Of a stretch of DNA of 64,000 nt, positions 1 to 13,500 are shown piece by piece. Where the stretch lies: the NCBI GenBank assembly GCA_001662655.1, contig KV460255.1; one strand, given 5' to 3'. The position numbers were made by a program, and so were the translations under genes. Under the pieces are notes generated by a model that saw only the letters and a program-made list of their open reading frames with translations, was not told where the DNA came from and did no database searches. Source of the DNA: Pseudogymnoascus verrucosus (lineage: Eukaryota). How positions within the stretch are numbered: position 1 is the stretch's first letter; each line of letters begins with the position of its first letter.

Positions 1-358
1 TGCTGGTGGTTCCGCCCCGGCTGCTACTGATGGATCAGCACCCGCTGCTGGTGCGTCTACTGGACAGCAACAGGATTACGGAGATAAGGGTATGTCTTTC
101 CTTCCTTCCCTTCCTTCCCTACCCTCCTTTCTTTCCCTACCTTCTTCTAGAGGTGTGGTGATGGGTGGGAATGGACAAAAAAAATCAGAAGATAAGAAAG
201 AGGAAAGAGACTAACAGACAAAAACAGCTTTCGCAGCCATCTCCCAGAAGACCGGCCACACCTTCTCCGCCGACCAGAGCGAGAAGATCACTGATGGCCT
301 CCGTGGCGCATACGAGAAGGCGACGGGGAACAAGGTTGATCCTAAGTACTCCAACTAG
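1..358 (+). CDS. 3' part of a small hydrophilic fungal protein (5' end outside window); intron 90-227
   Basis: Spliced reading ...ASTGQQQDYGDK|AFAAISQKTGHTFSADQSEKITDGLRGAYEKATGNKVDPKYSN*; GTATGT donor at 90, CTAAC branch, CAG acceptor at 227, TAG 356-358. DYGDK and EKITDG..FEKATG-like motifs resemble a small conserved ascomycete hypothetical family. Confidence 0.75.
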
Positions 359-735
359 AGCGTGAGGGATGACGATACCCGAGGGTTGTGTTGATGGATA
401 TGGATATGGGTGTTATGGGATGATGATGATCCATGGGTCTTTGTTTTGAGATTTATGATGATATAGCAATGACAATCACTCTTTTTGAGGTTATACTTGT
501 TTTGAGATGTGTAGATGTGTGATTTAAGTCTTCAGAAGGTTGCATTCTGTAATGGCGTGGTCCTTTCTCTAGTTGCGCTATTATCTGGGATAGAGCAACT
601 CTTTAACTAACTTAACGTACGTCGTACGTTCACATCACGCCTACTGAGAACAAACTTCAAACCTCCAAATCCAACTTCCACTACCACCCACATCCACGTC
701 AAAATCCCCACACACTCATCAATAAGAAAAGAAGA

Positions 736-1118
736 ATGGAGCCTATCCCACCTATTATCAAGTTCGCGCCTGCTATTCCGTTTCCAGACCCCTTCGTGCC
801 TGAGAGGAGAATCAAGCAACTCCGCCACTACCTCGCCGAGGCAAATACAAATGATTCCATCCCCCTAGCAGGGCAACAATCAAATATCCTCGCCGCGATA
901 AAATCATACGAAGAAGGTGTGATAGATGGGAGTCAAGGAGTGAAGACGTTTTTCGTCAATGGAAAGATCGTTTCTAAGGATGAGGCGTATAAGGGATATG
1001 GACGTGTGTGGATCGAGGTAGGTGGTTTGATATATTTGATATATTTTGTTTGGGGTTTGGGTTTGATGGTGACGGTGGCTGATTGTTTGAGAAGGAGGGG
1101 GTGGGTTATCAGATGTGA
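736..1118 (+). CDS. Hypothetical protein (~100 aa); exon 736-1017 plus a short terminal exon (1095-1118, or alternatively 1141-1164)
   Basis: ATG ORF with globular composition up to RVWIE, then GTAGGT donor at 1018, CTGAT branch and AAG acceptors at 1094 and 1140. Confidence 0.55.
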
Positions 1119-1460
1119 GTAGGACTGATTGTTTGAGAAGCAGTGGGTTGTTCGGCAGATGTGAGGAGATGTACTGGGATATTTTTCGGGGGGGTACATT
1201 TTGAGAGACTTGAGAGAGGGGATGAGGGATGGGGCTTACGGTTACTAGGGATTGTGGTTGAAAAGTGATGCCTACACCTCGTTACAGAGCACGATTCTCC
1301 CCCTTGAAATGCTGGCAGTCTAGCCTCGTCCCTATCGACAATAGCGTCTGTCTCGTTCTTAGGAAGTCTATAGGATATGTTAGAAGTGTGTCGAGCGCCC
1401 ATCGTTAATACGATGTTAGGAAACTCTAGAGGGTAGGAACAGGCTTTAGAGGCTTGGGAA

Positions 1461-1660
1461 GGAAAGAACGATGGTAGGTAACTTGAGAGGGAAAGAACGA
1501 TGGCTAGGAAGTTAGAAAGGAAAGAACGATGGGACGGAACTCAAGAGGGAAAGAACGATGACAAGGAAAGAACGATGGCCTAGAACTAAGAAAAGAAAGA
1601 ACGATAGCTAGGAACTTAAGAGGGAAAGAACGATGGCCTGGAACTAAGAAAGGCAAGAAC
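1461..1660. repeat. Minisatellite, 29-bp period, 7 units plus a partial, core GGAAAGAACGATGG
   Basis: Unit starts at 1461, 1490, 1519, 1548 (17-bp truncated unit), 1565, 1594, 1623 and degenerate 1652. Confidence 0.9.
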
Positions 1661-2033
1661 TAACTCTGTTAATGCCGATTATCAAAGACCCAGGTAAGAC
1701 CTACCTATCCCCAAAGTCCCAAGCACATTCTAACCGGCCGAAAACAGTAAGACTAATATCTCTAGACCTAGATCTCCTCACCATGTCTGGAAAATTCGTC
1801 GCCCAAGAGCTAGTCCTCACCCTCCTCGACGCTGGACCCCTCACCCCCCTCAGTTTCCTCGTCTTAGCTGAGCCCTTCGGCTTCGTTGGAATTATGGTAT
1901 ATTTTGGTATATGGATGGATGTGATGGGAACTGTGGTGCCGGTGATTTGTGTGTCCTATTGGTATTTAGGGTGACTGTGGCTTGGGGAAGATGATATAAC
2001 ATTTGTTGTCGCTGTGTGGGTGTGGGAAGATCG

Positions 2034-2131
2034 TGTTGCTGTGGGTATTTTCTCTTTTGTTAAATGTGCGTAAGTGGACTTATGTTGCTGTTGGTATTCT
2101 CACTTTTGTTAAATATGCGTAAGTCGACTTG
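2034..2131. repeat. 49-bp imperfect tandem duplication
   Basis: TGTTGCTGT(G/T)GGTATT..CTTTTGTTAAAT(G/A)TGCGTAAGT(G/C)GACTT at 2034 and 2083. Confidence 0.85.
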
Positions 2132-2593
2132 TGTTGTTGCTGTGTAGATGTGAGAAGGCTGTGTTTGGTATGTATAGCCAGGCCGACTCACTTCCATCAA
2201 ACCACTACTGAGTTTGAGGAGGATCACCAGTCACTAAACGCGAGTGGCTCTGCATGGTGTCTATAGCCAACAGATCAACCACCCACCCACCACCACCACC
2301 ACCAACAGCGGGGTAGCTGTGTATCATCCAACAACCGACACACACCTGCGCCTTGCCAGAGGTAAACCAAGCTGTCATTTGATACAAAACCCATCTCACG
2401 TACAAAGAGCGTCACAATATGCATAGCCATAGACAATATGTAAGGATGTTTGGCTGGTATGATAGTTGCCTAATATAAATATACACACCAATTCCTCTAG
2501 CCCTACAGACCCCAACCCATCCTCCTTCCCCCCTCATACCACCCTACAATTCTCCCACCCACCATCCATTCATCGCCATCGAACCAAGCATCC

Positions 2594-3804
2594 ATGGAAG
2601 AAGACCGGGTTGACAAGGCGAGCCTCGCCGCCAACGAAGGCTACGCATCTGAAGAGGAAAAAGATTGGGCCGACAACGAGAGCGTCACCACCGACGAGGA
2701 ACACTCCGATCCCCCCGCAAAAAAGAACATCCACGCGCGCAGATGGAAACTAATCCCCAAAGACGATGGTTCCTTCACCATCGAAGGCGGCCGCAAACCA
2801 AAGGAAATCCGCATCATGCCTAGAGCCGAGATATTTGAAAACGAGAAACATCTAGCTGAGGCGGACTTCATCTTGTTCGTCCCCTTTTTCCCGCCGCCCA
2901 GTCTTCCCATAGTTCACTTCACCTTTCTCATAAGAAAAAAACTAACACGTCCCCCCACAGGCCGCGCCTCAACCTCGCCAGATTCCCCGGCCGAAACGGC
3001 CACATCTCGCCTGGCATCTTCCACTCGGGCTACATCTCGCGCACCCTCGAGACAATGGGGGAGGAGTTCCAGCACTACCAGACGCTATGGCTTGCGAGCC
3101 CCGCCTGCACCTCTCTACGGCGCACATTTGATTCGTTGAAGCGCGAGCAGGACAGTCGCGTAGGTATCGACAACATCGTCTGCCTCGCGCTCGGGAGCCT
3201 GCAGGCGATGATGGAGGAGTGTCGAGCGGCTAGCTTGACGCAGTTAGCTGTTCTGTTGACTGTTATTGGGGAACTAGGTAGGTATTTCCATCTATCTATC
3301 TACCATAAATAGCTGGAAGCGCATTTGCACCTGGACTGATTTGATATCTCTCTTCTAGATTTAGATCCGAAAACCACGCCCGGGAAATTCGTCGCGCAGG
3401 ACCCTATTTTCACCCCTCTAGACGCAGAGTTCCTATCTTCCCTCGGCTTCGTCGTTAAGTCGGATCCAGATGGGTTCTTGGCTATCACGGAGAACACGCT
3501 CGTATTCTCGATAGCGGGGTACCTCGAGATGGAGTGGGTGATTAGCCGTGGTCCGTGGCCTGCGGCGATGGTGTGGGGAGATACGGAGGCGTTTATGAAT
3601 AGGCTTTTGGAGGAGAAGGTGAGGGAGGGGAGGAGGCTGGTTGTTCCGACGAGGAGGGAGAGGGGAGAAATAATGGGGATGTTGGGGGGGTGTGATGTTG
3701 TGGAGTTGGTGGGGGAGGGGGAGGATGCGTTGGAGGCGTGGGATGGGATTGGGAGGCAGAGGGTTTATTGGCGGAGGAGGGAGGGGGAGGGGAAGGGGCT
3801 GTAA
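2594..3804 (+). CDS. SRR1-domain-like protein; exons 2594-2874, 2961-3277, 3359-3804
   Basis: Spliced frames join; motifs IDNIVCLALGSL, TQLAVLL, AQDPIFTPLDAEFLSSLGFVV and ITENTLVFS match the SRR1 (sensitivity to red light reduced) domain pattern. Confidence 0.75.
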
Positions 3805-4291
3805 TTAATGCGTTCTCTGTGTGTTTTTAGATGCGAAGGGATGTTAATAGATGGTGTGGAGGGGTGGATTGTTTAAATCGATGTTATTCATATTCTTCAA
3901 CCTGGGAAGTTCGTACTATGCCTGCCATACCAAGATGGCGGGTTTGAACTATATCACACTCTGCCGGGGGAGATTGATCTCTGTATCCCTCCTTTCGTAA
4001 CCCATACATATATCATATCCCAACCCAACACCTGACAATCATACCCATACCCATACGCCTTTCCCTACCAACCCACCCAGCCAGACTTAAGTCGTTCCGA
4101 TATACACCTTCCGTCCATCCCAGCTCCATATATTCCCCGCGCTTCGAAATGCATGAAATGACCCGTCCATCCGTCCCCATCCTCCTTTCCCACCGCCCCT
4201 TCCCTCATTCCCCATCCCTCATCTGACAACATATCAATCTCCTAACCTCCAGTCGATCGACCATCCACCCCCCTCGTGTCTATCCCACCCC

Positions 4292-4939
4292 TCAATCATC
4301 CTTATAAACCTGATAACTCATAACCATCATCCAGAACCAAAACGCATCCCCCACCAACAAAAACGCCCACCCCGCCTTCCAACACTGACAAATCGTATCC
4401 TGCATCAGCCACGCCAGCGTCTCCTGCCCCTGTCCCCTGCTCTCCTGCCCGCCCACATACAGAGCGCAGTTCCCATTAACGTCGCCTTGGGGCCCCCAGA
4501 GTTCGAGGCTTATGACGATTAGACCGACTAGCCAGAGAACGAAGAGGATGAAGGAGCCGAGGATTACGATGCCGGGGAGGAGGGCGCGCGCGTTGATGAG
4601 GTAGAGGAGGAGGATGAAGAAGGAGAGGCCAAGGGCGCCGATGGTGATGTTGTAGGTGAAGTACCTGGGTTTGTTAGCTTCTATCACCTTCTATCCCAGT
4701 ACAGTACAGTTCAATCCAAGGGGGTAAGGTAATTGATAAGTGAGAACAGGGAAAACGTACCAAGGCGTCCCAACACCAAGCTGCGACTGTATAGAGCTGA
4801 AACTCGCAAAGATCCCCAACACGCTACTACACGAGACCAACACGATGAAGAGCCAGAAATTGAGCTGCGCGGCGGGCCAGCGGTACTTGCGGCGCACGAG
4901 GCGCACTTCGGTGAGGTCGGAGATGGTGGTGCTTGCCAT
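4292..4939 (-). CDS. Four-TM MARVEL-like membrane protein; intron 4665-4760
   Basis: MASTTISDL...YRWPAAQLNFW...GTPW|YFTYNITIG...GDVNGNC...ICQCWKA; four hydrophobic segments; GTACGT donor, GCTAAC branch, CAG acceptor. Confidence 0.75.
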
Positions 4940-6113
4940 TGCGCCTTGCTTCTTTGCTTTCGTTTTCCTATTCCTATTCCCTTTCCTTTCTCGAATATCG
5001 AGTATAGGATTTTCGTAGTTATGATATGATAAATGATGTCTCTGCTCGATCGATGGCGACGATGCGCACAGTATCAGATTTGTTCGTTTGTCGTTCAATT
5101 CGTGTCGTTGATAATTTTCCTCGCAAGACACCAGGGTACCACCCGCGTTATAAACCCCCCTTCTTTCACTCTCAGGCAGCTACAGCACAGCAACAGCACC
5201 TTACCAGCACCACCGACTGAATGACTGTACACCAGCACTCACCGCAGCGCAGCGCAGTCACAGTCGTGGAGCAACACCCACAGCGACACGTCCTCTCGCC
5301 CTCCACCCGTCGAATCGCGCTATTTGTGCTATCTGGGTCCCGTTCCTGGCGCGAAGCGTGCCACGTCGGTTGGGCCTACGCGCCTTTCACCCCGTGACTT
5401 GTCGGGGCGAATCCGTCGTGCGTCCGCGGCGATTGATTCGGTTTAAAGTTGTGATAGTGTAATAGTAATGAGCGGATCCGATGGATTTGAGTTTTTTTAG
5501 TAATGAGCGGTGATGCGACGATGCGACGAAGTGAGGAGCGGCGGTGATTGTGACGACATTGACGGTTTGGAGGGGGCTGGTGAGCATCCCTGTCGCTGCC
5601 CGGCGGTGGTGGTGCGGCGCGTGGTGGGCGTGTGGGTGGAGGGGTGGGTGGGGTGCTAACGGGATTTGGGTGGGACCTGGCTGGGTCCCCTTGGGTTTGG
5701 CGACAGGTACGCTCCCTCCCGTCAGGACAGGCGGACAGGTACAGTGCGGGAGGGTCCGTTTGAGGGGACTTCATATCTGGGATGATTTTGTTGACGACGA
5801 CTATAGTTAGGTTAGAGATGACTATATCTGTAATCGTGATCGTTGTAGAAGCTGGCTCATAAATGCCCAAGAGCCATATCTCGCAGCAGCACCGCTTCAA
5901 ATCACCCCCCCAGAGAAAACAGAACGAGCTCTAGATATTTCATCAAACATTAAAATCTCAAAAGACAACAACTAATGCTAGTAGTACCTCCACAAAAGTT
6001 TCAGCTATCTACTTTTACCCGAACTCCGAGTCCTCTCTCATCCCCTCTCCCCCTCCCCTTCGGAGCTTTTGCCTATTTACGCGCGCGCCGGAAGTCATCA
6101 CAAAACAACACAT

Positions 6114-9100
6114 TTACGCGATAAGCTTCAGCCCGCTCCCATTCTTCCCCACCTCGCACACCTCGCACACCGCGCACACCGTGCCCTTGTACTTGGACTG
6201 GTACTTGCTGCCGTCGAAGGCGCAGGTCTCGAAGGCGCTGCCGCTGTAGATGGGTGTGTGGGAGGCGGCGCAGATATCGAACTCGGCGAACTGGTCGAAC
6301 TCGATTTCATGCGCGTCGTTGGGGCTGCGCTCGCATGAGGCTTTGATCTTCTTGGCCTGTTGAAGACAGTAAAGTTAGTAAATGTATTCGGGGATTGCGG
6401 GGTAGCGGGGGGGGAGTCTTACCTGTTCCAAGACCTTTGCTCCACCGCCGTTGGCTAGTATACGGTTGGCAAAGCTTAATGCGGAACTCAAGTTCTTGTT
6501 GGTGTATGCCAGCTTCATCGCGCTCATCAGCGCAAGCTGTCTGTGTGGAACTTCGAGCTTGGGGATGGTGAAGTATGCGGAAAGCTCGAGGCTCTTCTTT
6601 AACTTCTCTGGCGACTTGGCAACCTCGTCGTTGGTGCCGAGGTTGCGGCGGCTCAGCTCGATAGCAATCGCAACGCTGTACTCGGACGCCGAAGTGATGA
6701 GCTTCTTGGCCTCGTTAACCTCAGATGGAGTAGGCACCACGTTGACAAGCAGCGCGTGAAGCATCTGCTTGAAGATAACAGCCCCATCCTCGAGCTTGTT
6801 GGTGCGGACAGAATCGTATCCCTTTTGCAGGAAGTTGGCCGCGATAGACTCCAGGTCATCTGGAATGAATGGCAGAACGCTCTGGGGATTTGTCTCATCC
6901 AAAGTTCTCCTGACGTAGTTGACAAGCGGTGGCTGGCCTGGGAATGCGGGGACGTATGTTCTCGAAGCCTCAAAGATCGACATGAAGCGGGGCTTTAGAG
7001 GTGCGAAGTTCACCGCGCCAACTTGTCTGTTGAGGAGCTGCATAGCACTTTCGAATGAACCGCCAGCGACGTGGTCCGCAGCAAGCGGAGAGTTGCGGGC
7101 CCATAATTCGGCCTCGCTGCTCCCGACGCCGATGTCTGCGCTTTCGATGTTGACGAAATCGCTCTCGGCCTCTGGAACGATATCATCGCCCATATCCCAG
7201 CCAGCAGCATCATCTTCTTCATCAGCGTCGATCAGGTTGCCGTTCTGTTTCGCGACACCTTCATCTTCATCTTCAAATCCGAAGCCGTTAGTTGCAGCAG
7301 CAGGCTCATCCTCTAATGAGAGACCCTCAACTTGGCCGAGAAGTGCCTTCTCAAAGAATGATTGCGACGTGGCCTTGGTTGGCCAGTTGGCCTTGTAAGT
7401 AGACACCACCGCTCTGGGGGTAGAGAGCGGGACGCCAATTGCGGGGAGCGTGATTTGGTCTTCGGTCAATCCAGTTGCCTCGAGGATGCTCTCACATTCT
7501 TCGGTCAGGTCATGAGCCTTAGCGGTCATGTATGCTAGCGGGTCTGGTATGGTTAGCATACGTCCAATAGGAGGGGTACTGATATCTTACATAGGTCAAT
7601 CTCCTTGAAGATCTGGATCCTGTCGTTGACATCGCCGAGGTACAAAGCGTTCTGGAAGCGGGCGGTGAAGTCGCCACGGTGCTCAGCAATCTTTGCCATA
7701 CGTGCAAGCTTCGCGTCGTCACCTGTAGCAAGGTAAAGGAAGGAAAGCTTATCAAACTGGCGAAGTTTCTGGTATGTCATCTCGACAATTTGATGGTTTC
7801 CATGGGCAAGAGCTTCGGTGCCTAGTCGCGTCCAGAGCTTAGGCTTATCAAGCTGCTTTGCCATCTCAACAGCAACGTCGAGATTGCCACATTCGATAGC
7901 CAGCTCGAAACGTGTCTGAGGATCTTGAACGAACTGAAGCGCAATTTCCGGGTAACCCTTCTTTTGCAGATACGAGATGATGCTTTGACCAACAAGACTG
8001 GAGTTCTTAATAATTTGCAACATCTCCTCGTAGTTGCGCTTAACAAGGGCCAGCTTGAATCTGTATTCGGTGGGATCGATGTTGAGAACCTTGGGCCTCC
8101 CGTTTCTATCCAAGCAGTATACAGTGCGTGCCTTGACGCGAACAAGGTACACTGTTTGATCCAAAGTCCTCACAATGCCGTTGTCGCCATTCAGCAGGGT
8201 ATACTTGATGTGGTTGAGTGTAGAATATAGCAGCACGCCGGCATCGTCCCAAGTGGCGCTCTTAATCCTGATTGTCTCGTGGAGTGTGCTGACTTGTTCC
8301 AATGTCTTTGTAACAATAGTAACGTTGTGCTTGCTCAACAGAGCAGCATACGCTCCATCGTTGGACCAGACAACGTACTTGACGCCGCTAATTGCGAGCT
8401 CTGCCACATTCTTCTTCTGCTGAATGTCGTATAAGTGCACAGCCGTTGGCGTAATCAGTAATAGGTTGCCAGTTCCGCCGAAAACGATATCCGAAGTACC
8501 TGCGGGGGGCTTGATCGTCTTAGTTGTGGAGTTGGAAAGATCCTTGATATCGATCTGCTGTGCTGCCTGGTTGAACACGGCGAAACGGTTGCGAGCCACA
8601 AAGACGGCAGAGTTACCAGGACCACGCTTCTTGAGCTTCTCATCAGGGATGCCACCATCCCTTGGAAGAACAATCAGCTCATAGGTCCCCCCCTCAGCAG
8701 GCGATGCCACAAGGACAGATCGCTCAGCCGGGTTGTAAGATAATGTACGAGGAGGAATCCACGGGCTGCCAAGCTTCTTGATTGTCTCCAAGTTGGGGCT
8801 CTCGATATTTTTCGTAAGGTCGTAAGAACGGATCTGCTTGTCCTTGGTGATGAAGAAAAGGTTGTTTTGATAGACTGCAGAGGCAGGGCGCTCGCGCTCC
8901 AGCTTGAAAACCATAACTCCATTATCGTGGCCAGCCGCAAACAAGTTTATCTCCGGATGCGCCGCAATAACCCAAAATCTATCATTTTCGCGCCTGAACG
9001 ACTGGACTGACGTCCTCTTGTTCAGATCCCATACTCTAATCGTTTTATCTTCGCCAACAGAAAGGATGAGGTCCTGGTGCGGGTGGAAGAGGCAGCCAGA

Positions 9101-10059
9101 CGCGTTCTGGAAATGCCCGCGGCATGTGTCGACCTCCCAAGCCTTGGTCTCGCTCATGCGCCAAAGCTTGACCAGTCTATCGTCACCAGCCGAAACAATC
9201 AATGGCAGCGTAGGATGGAACGCGACCCAGTTGACACCCCTATCGTGTCCCTCTAGCACAAATTTGACGACAGCGTCTGTGTTTCCGAACATATCTGCCT
9301 GGTTGGCATTTTGGCGGGCCATCTGGTCTTCGTACACATTCGATGTTGGGGCAGAGTGCTTCTTGCGGAGACCCGAGATGTCCCACACTCGAACCGACTG
9401 ATCGAGAGAGGCAGAAACTACAAGGTCGTCCTTGGGATGGAACTGAGCGCACATTGCGTAATGGTTGTGGCCAGTCATTGTGCATACTAGAGGCCGACGT
9501 CAGTTGGTATTCATCGACAGAATACGGGTACTTACTTAACGACCTGTTCTGCCAATTCCAGATACGAATTGTCTGATCATCAGATGCCGAGATAATCCAG
9601 GGCAGCTCATGATGGAAGAAGACTGTGCGGACATAATCCAAGTGTCCATTGAGGGTGAATAGGCAGCGCCTTGTTTGTAACGACCAGACTTTGATTTTAT
9701 AGTCGTCCCCACCTGAGACGAAGAGGGGTTGGGTCGGGTGGAAGTCGATGCCACGAACTGGCCCATCATGCTCTTCGAAGCGGTCTATTAATGTGCCCAT
9801 ACGATAATCCCATAGCTGAATTGTCGAAGAGTGCAGAGAAACAAGAATCCATGGCCTGGAATGCATCAGTATAGTTTGCGACTGACTATGAAGGCAACCA
9901 ACCGTTTGGGATGGAATGCAATGCCCTTCGCCCTAGACGACTTCGATTCGAACTGTACGAAGCAATATGTTAGCTTGCTCATAGATACACAAATTCAGAT
10001 GCTCAATGCATTATTCTGGGCGTGCGAACCTTGGTGAGCATATTTGGGGAGGCCGCCAT
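6114..10059 (-). CDS. COP1: Coatomer subunit alpha (multi-exon)
   Basis: [54 protein letters not shown]-terminus, WD40 repeats, [23 protein letters not shown], last exon ...[10 protein letters not shown]...[20 protein letters not shown] (TAA 6114-6116). Confidence 0.97.
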
Positions 10060-10579
10060 GGTCAAAAGGCGGGATGGGTGAAGCTCAAGCTTCGAGCATC
10101 AAGGGGGGGCGGTCGGGGCGGCAAACACAAGCCGTTTCTGAGCCTCCTTTTCCTGCCCAGATTGGAGAAATAAATATAAGATCAAAGGGCGGAGTAAAAG
10201 AAAGTTGCTACTGAATGTGCGAGTGCAGCTACAGTATCTGGAGATTATTGTGTGGTGCCCCCAAAGCGCAACAAGGTGGCTTTCCCGTGGAAACCTCAGG
10301 CTCAAACACATGCACGCTAACCGCTTTTGATAGCTCTCAACCGTGTCCAGAATTTGTATCAGCCTCGTCAACCTTGTTAGTTATTTGTACTCTGGAGGCG
10401 GTTATGCTGTATATTTTGTAGCTTTCGAATTTCCAGATTGTAGGCTATGTATCGCTGTGGCATGTTTACTGTTCCATCTCTTTCTTGAAGGAGGACTCGT
10501 TATATGGAAGCTTTCTTGGAACCCAATCCGTCTTGACCTTTCCTTGGCCTGGACTGTGAGGAACCTAAATTAGACCGCA

Positions 10580-13500
10580 ATGGTTCAGCTTGGGAACATA
10601 TGGAGCCTGACTGGCAGCGCCCTCGCGTTTTCCTGTCTGCAGTCTATTAAAGTCTCGGCGAGCCCGACTATAAACGTTGCGTTGGCAGCTTCATTCACCT
10701 CTGCGCCATATCTTATCGAGTTGCTGTGAGTCCATCAATGCCGGTATTGGTCAATAACCATTACTAAATTGCCATAGTGAAACTGCCGGAGACGAAAATT
10801 CAACCTCATACTTCCCATTACTAGACCGAATCGCAGAGGGACACTTTAAAGATGCGAGAACAGACCTTGAATTGTACAACTCCTTCGTGAAGGTGCTCCG
10901 AGATGATGGACACCTCGACTCAGAGGGACTCGCATCCTATAGTCTTGCGCTTTCTCTGCGGACTTCTGCCCCAAGAATTGAAGCCCAATACCAATTTTAC
11001 GACACCGCTATTGAGCCGTCAGGAGACGATTCATCATGCCTCGCATGGGTTCTCTTTGGGGGCAAGAAGCATTGCTCTCCGGCACTAGACGAGGCCCATG
11101 GCACATATAATGGCCGAAGGTGAGACATTTATCATTTTTGGGGTCTTATGCAACTATCACTAATATAAACTAGAGGAACTGAACAGCTTCAATTTGATAG
11201 AATTACTGGGAATCTGTCCGCGCCAGCTTCCATTCTTTATGCTGATATTACGTCTCCGGAGTTTAGCCAATTCCATAAAAAATTAATCCAAAAAGCACAG
11301 AAACAAGAGATATCATACCGCATCCGCCACAAGAAGCCGACTGCTCAGGAACCCAGGCCTCTTATCATCGGTGGATATGGTGTCGAATTAGCTCTAAAGC
11401 GCACAGACTACATAGTCATTGATGATAGAGAAGCTGAGGCTCAAGTGCAAGTGGGGTCGGCAAAGGCAGAAGTTGTTCTTGAGGATGAAGAACTTGCGGA
11501 CTTGAAGCCGCTTTCGGCATCTGAACTGGTCTCTCTTGGGCTAAAAGCATCGAGTTTTATTATGCAAAACGAAAACCCCTTTGAGGTGTTGACTCGACTC
11601 TCGCAAGACTTTCCGAGATATTCATCGGCCATCGCCGCTCATAATGTATCATCTGATTTTGCCGAGGAGCATCTTTATAACCGCGGTCAGCTAGTGCCAG
11701 CCGGTACGAATGTTGTTTGGATCAATGGTTTGCAAGTACCGGCGAGGCACATGGATGCCTTCAGCATGCTTGACATACTGCGGAAGGAAAGGAAGCATTT
11801 GAAAAAGTTTTCTCAGCTCGGGTTGACCGGGTCGCAAACGATCAGCCTCCTGTCTCATAAAGATATTGCCTTTACAAAGGCTGACGGTGAACCTGCGAGG
11901 TTTGATTGGAGGGACAGCGACGGAGATGTCATCATATGGCTAAACAACATAGAAAAAGACAAGCGCTATGACGGATGGATGACAACTGTTAGAACGGTAT
12001 GTGGGAATTGCAAATATTAACTTTGGGGTTTACTGATAGCTCTGCAGCTTTTACAAGCAGGATATCCAGGGCAATTGCCTCAAGTACGGAAAGACCTGTT
12101 CAATCTGGTTTTCCCCGTCGACTTGTCAAATCTTGAGGATGTAGAACTCGTCGTCACCCAACTATCAGAATTTGTTAAAAGGGCATTGCCGTTACGATTC
12201 GGTCTGGTACCGCTGACAAACTCCAATGCTGCTCTTGAACAGGCCAAGATTGCCTATTACCTACTGGACAGTTACGGTTTGTCAACTATGGTGGCCTACC
12301 TCAACGGATATTTTGCCTCGAAGGGAACTCCATCGTCGAGAAATGCCAATTTTGAAGCTGCAATCGAGGAGCGTAAACTCCTGGGCGACAAAGTAGCCAA
12401 ATCATTGGAAGAGGTCCTGGACGCAGATGAAGCAAACGGGTCAATCGAACATTCGAAACAATGGAGCGCCAGACTTGGAGCAAACGACAAAGTACCCCCG
12501 GTGTTTGTGAATGGAGCTGCTGTGCCGCGCGATGAGACCTGGATGCAAGGGATGAGCCAGCGTGTTCAGATGGATCTCCGACTTATGCAGCAGGCAGTTT
12601 TCGAAAATACCGTGACTGATGATCACTGGCCTCCAATGCTGTACCTGCACGATGCCGCTTCTGGCCGAAACCCCTTTCTCATGCCGGAGAACGACAAAGA
12701 TCTTCAACTGTTTGATGTCAACGCCATTTACTCTGATTATGCCGAGGCATTGGAAGGCCTTCCTGTTATGAAAAGCGACCCCTCCACTGTGCAAGATGAC
12801 TGGGCATACATGATTCTGATAGCTGACGTGGAGAGCGCACAAGGCAAACGGCTTTTAATGGCGGCAGCTGAGTTCATCAAGAAGAACCCTTCAGTTGAAC
12901 TTGTTATTGTCCCCAGTTCAGAGTCTCCAGCAGGAATCTTGAGCGTACACGAGTATATGGCTAAAAGATCGTTCCAACCACTGAAATCTGTCGATGATTT
13001 GGATAGCCTTGTCGAAGCGGTGTCAATAACCGCTGGCGATGAAGAAAGGCAGATTACAACACAGATCTCGGAAAAATGGTCCGCGATAGAAGGCCTTGTG
13101 GGATCGTTGGGACTAAAACCTGGTCAACAAGGACTTCTGTTAAATGGTCGATTGGTCGGCCCAATTCCGAACGAGGTCGAGCTCGGAGTCAATGAATTGG
13201 ACCAGCTCCTCAGCTTTGAGCGAACCAAGAGAATCAAGCCTGTTTTGGCGGCTGTTAAAGCTCTCGGATTCTCCGATGCAATCAGCGACCCGCTGGCGAG
13301 CTCTAAACTCACATCACTTGTGACTTTGTCGTTTATTTCCAATGTCCCCGAGGGAATTTTCGAGCAAGCGTCTACTTTGAGAATCGACTCCTTCAAGGCC
13401 TGGAAATCCGAGTTTACGGCGATTGAAATCGGTGATGAGTCCACTGCTTCTATTCATATTCAAGTCGCGCTGGACCCGGCGAGTCAGGAATCCCAGCGCT

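Noticed and set aside
1461..1660. CRISPR-like repeat-spacer appearance
   Set aside because: Eukaryotic context, no cas genes, a 14-bp core with ~15-bp linkers that resemble each other; this is a minisatellite.
1672..1974. 100-aa ORF with a hydrophobic C-terminus next to the minisatellite
   Set aside because: No recognisable family, in TAG/CTAG-rich degenerate-looking sequence; I cannot support it as a gene.
6451..9401. Long antisense ORFs over COP1 (similarly over UGGT, GCD6, MSH2, FCP1)
   Set aside because: Shadow ORFs caused by codon bias of the real genes.
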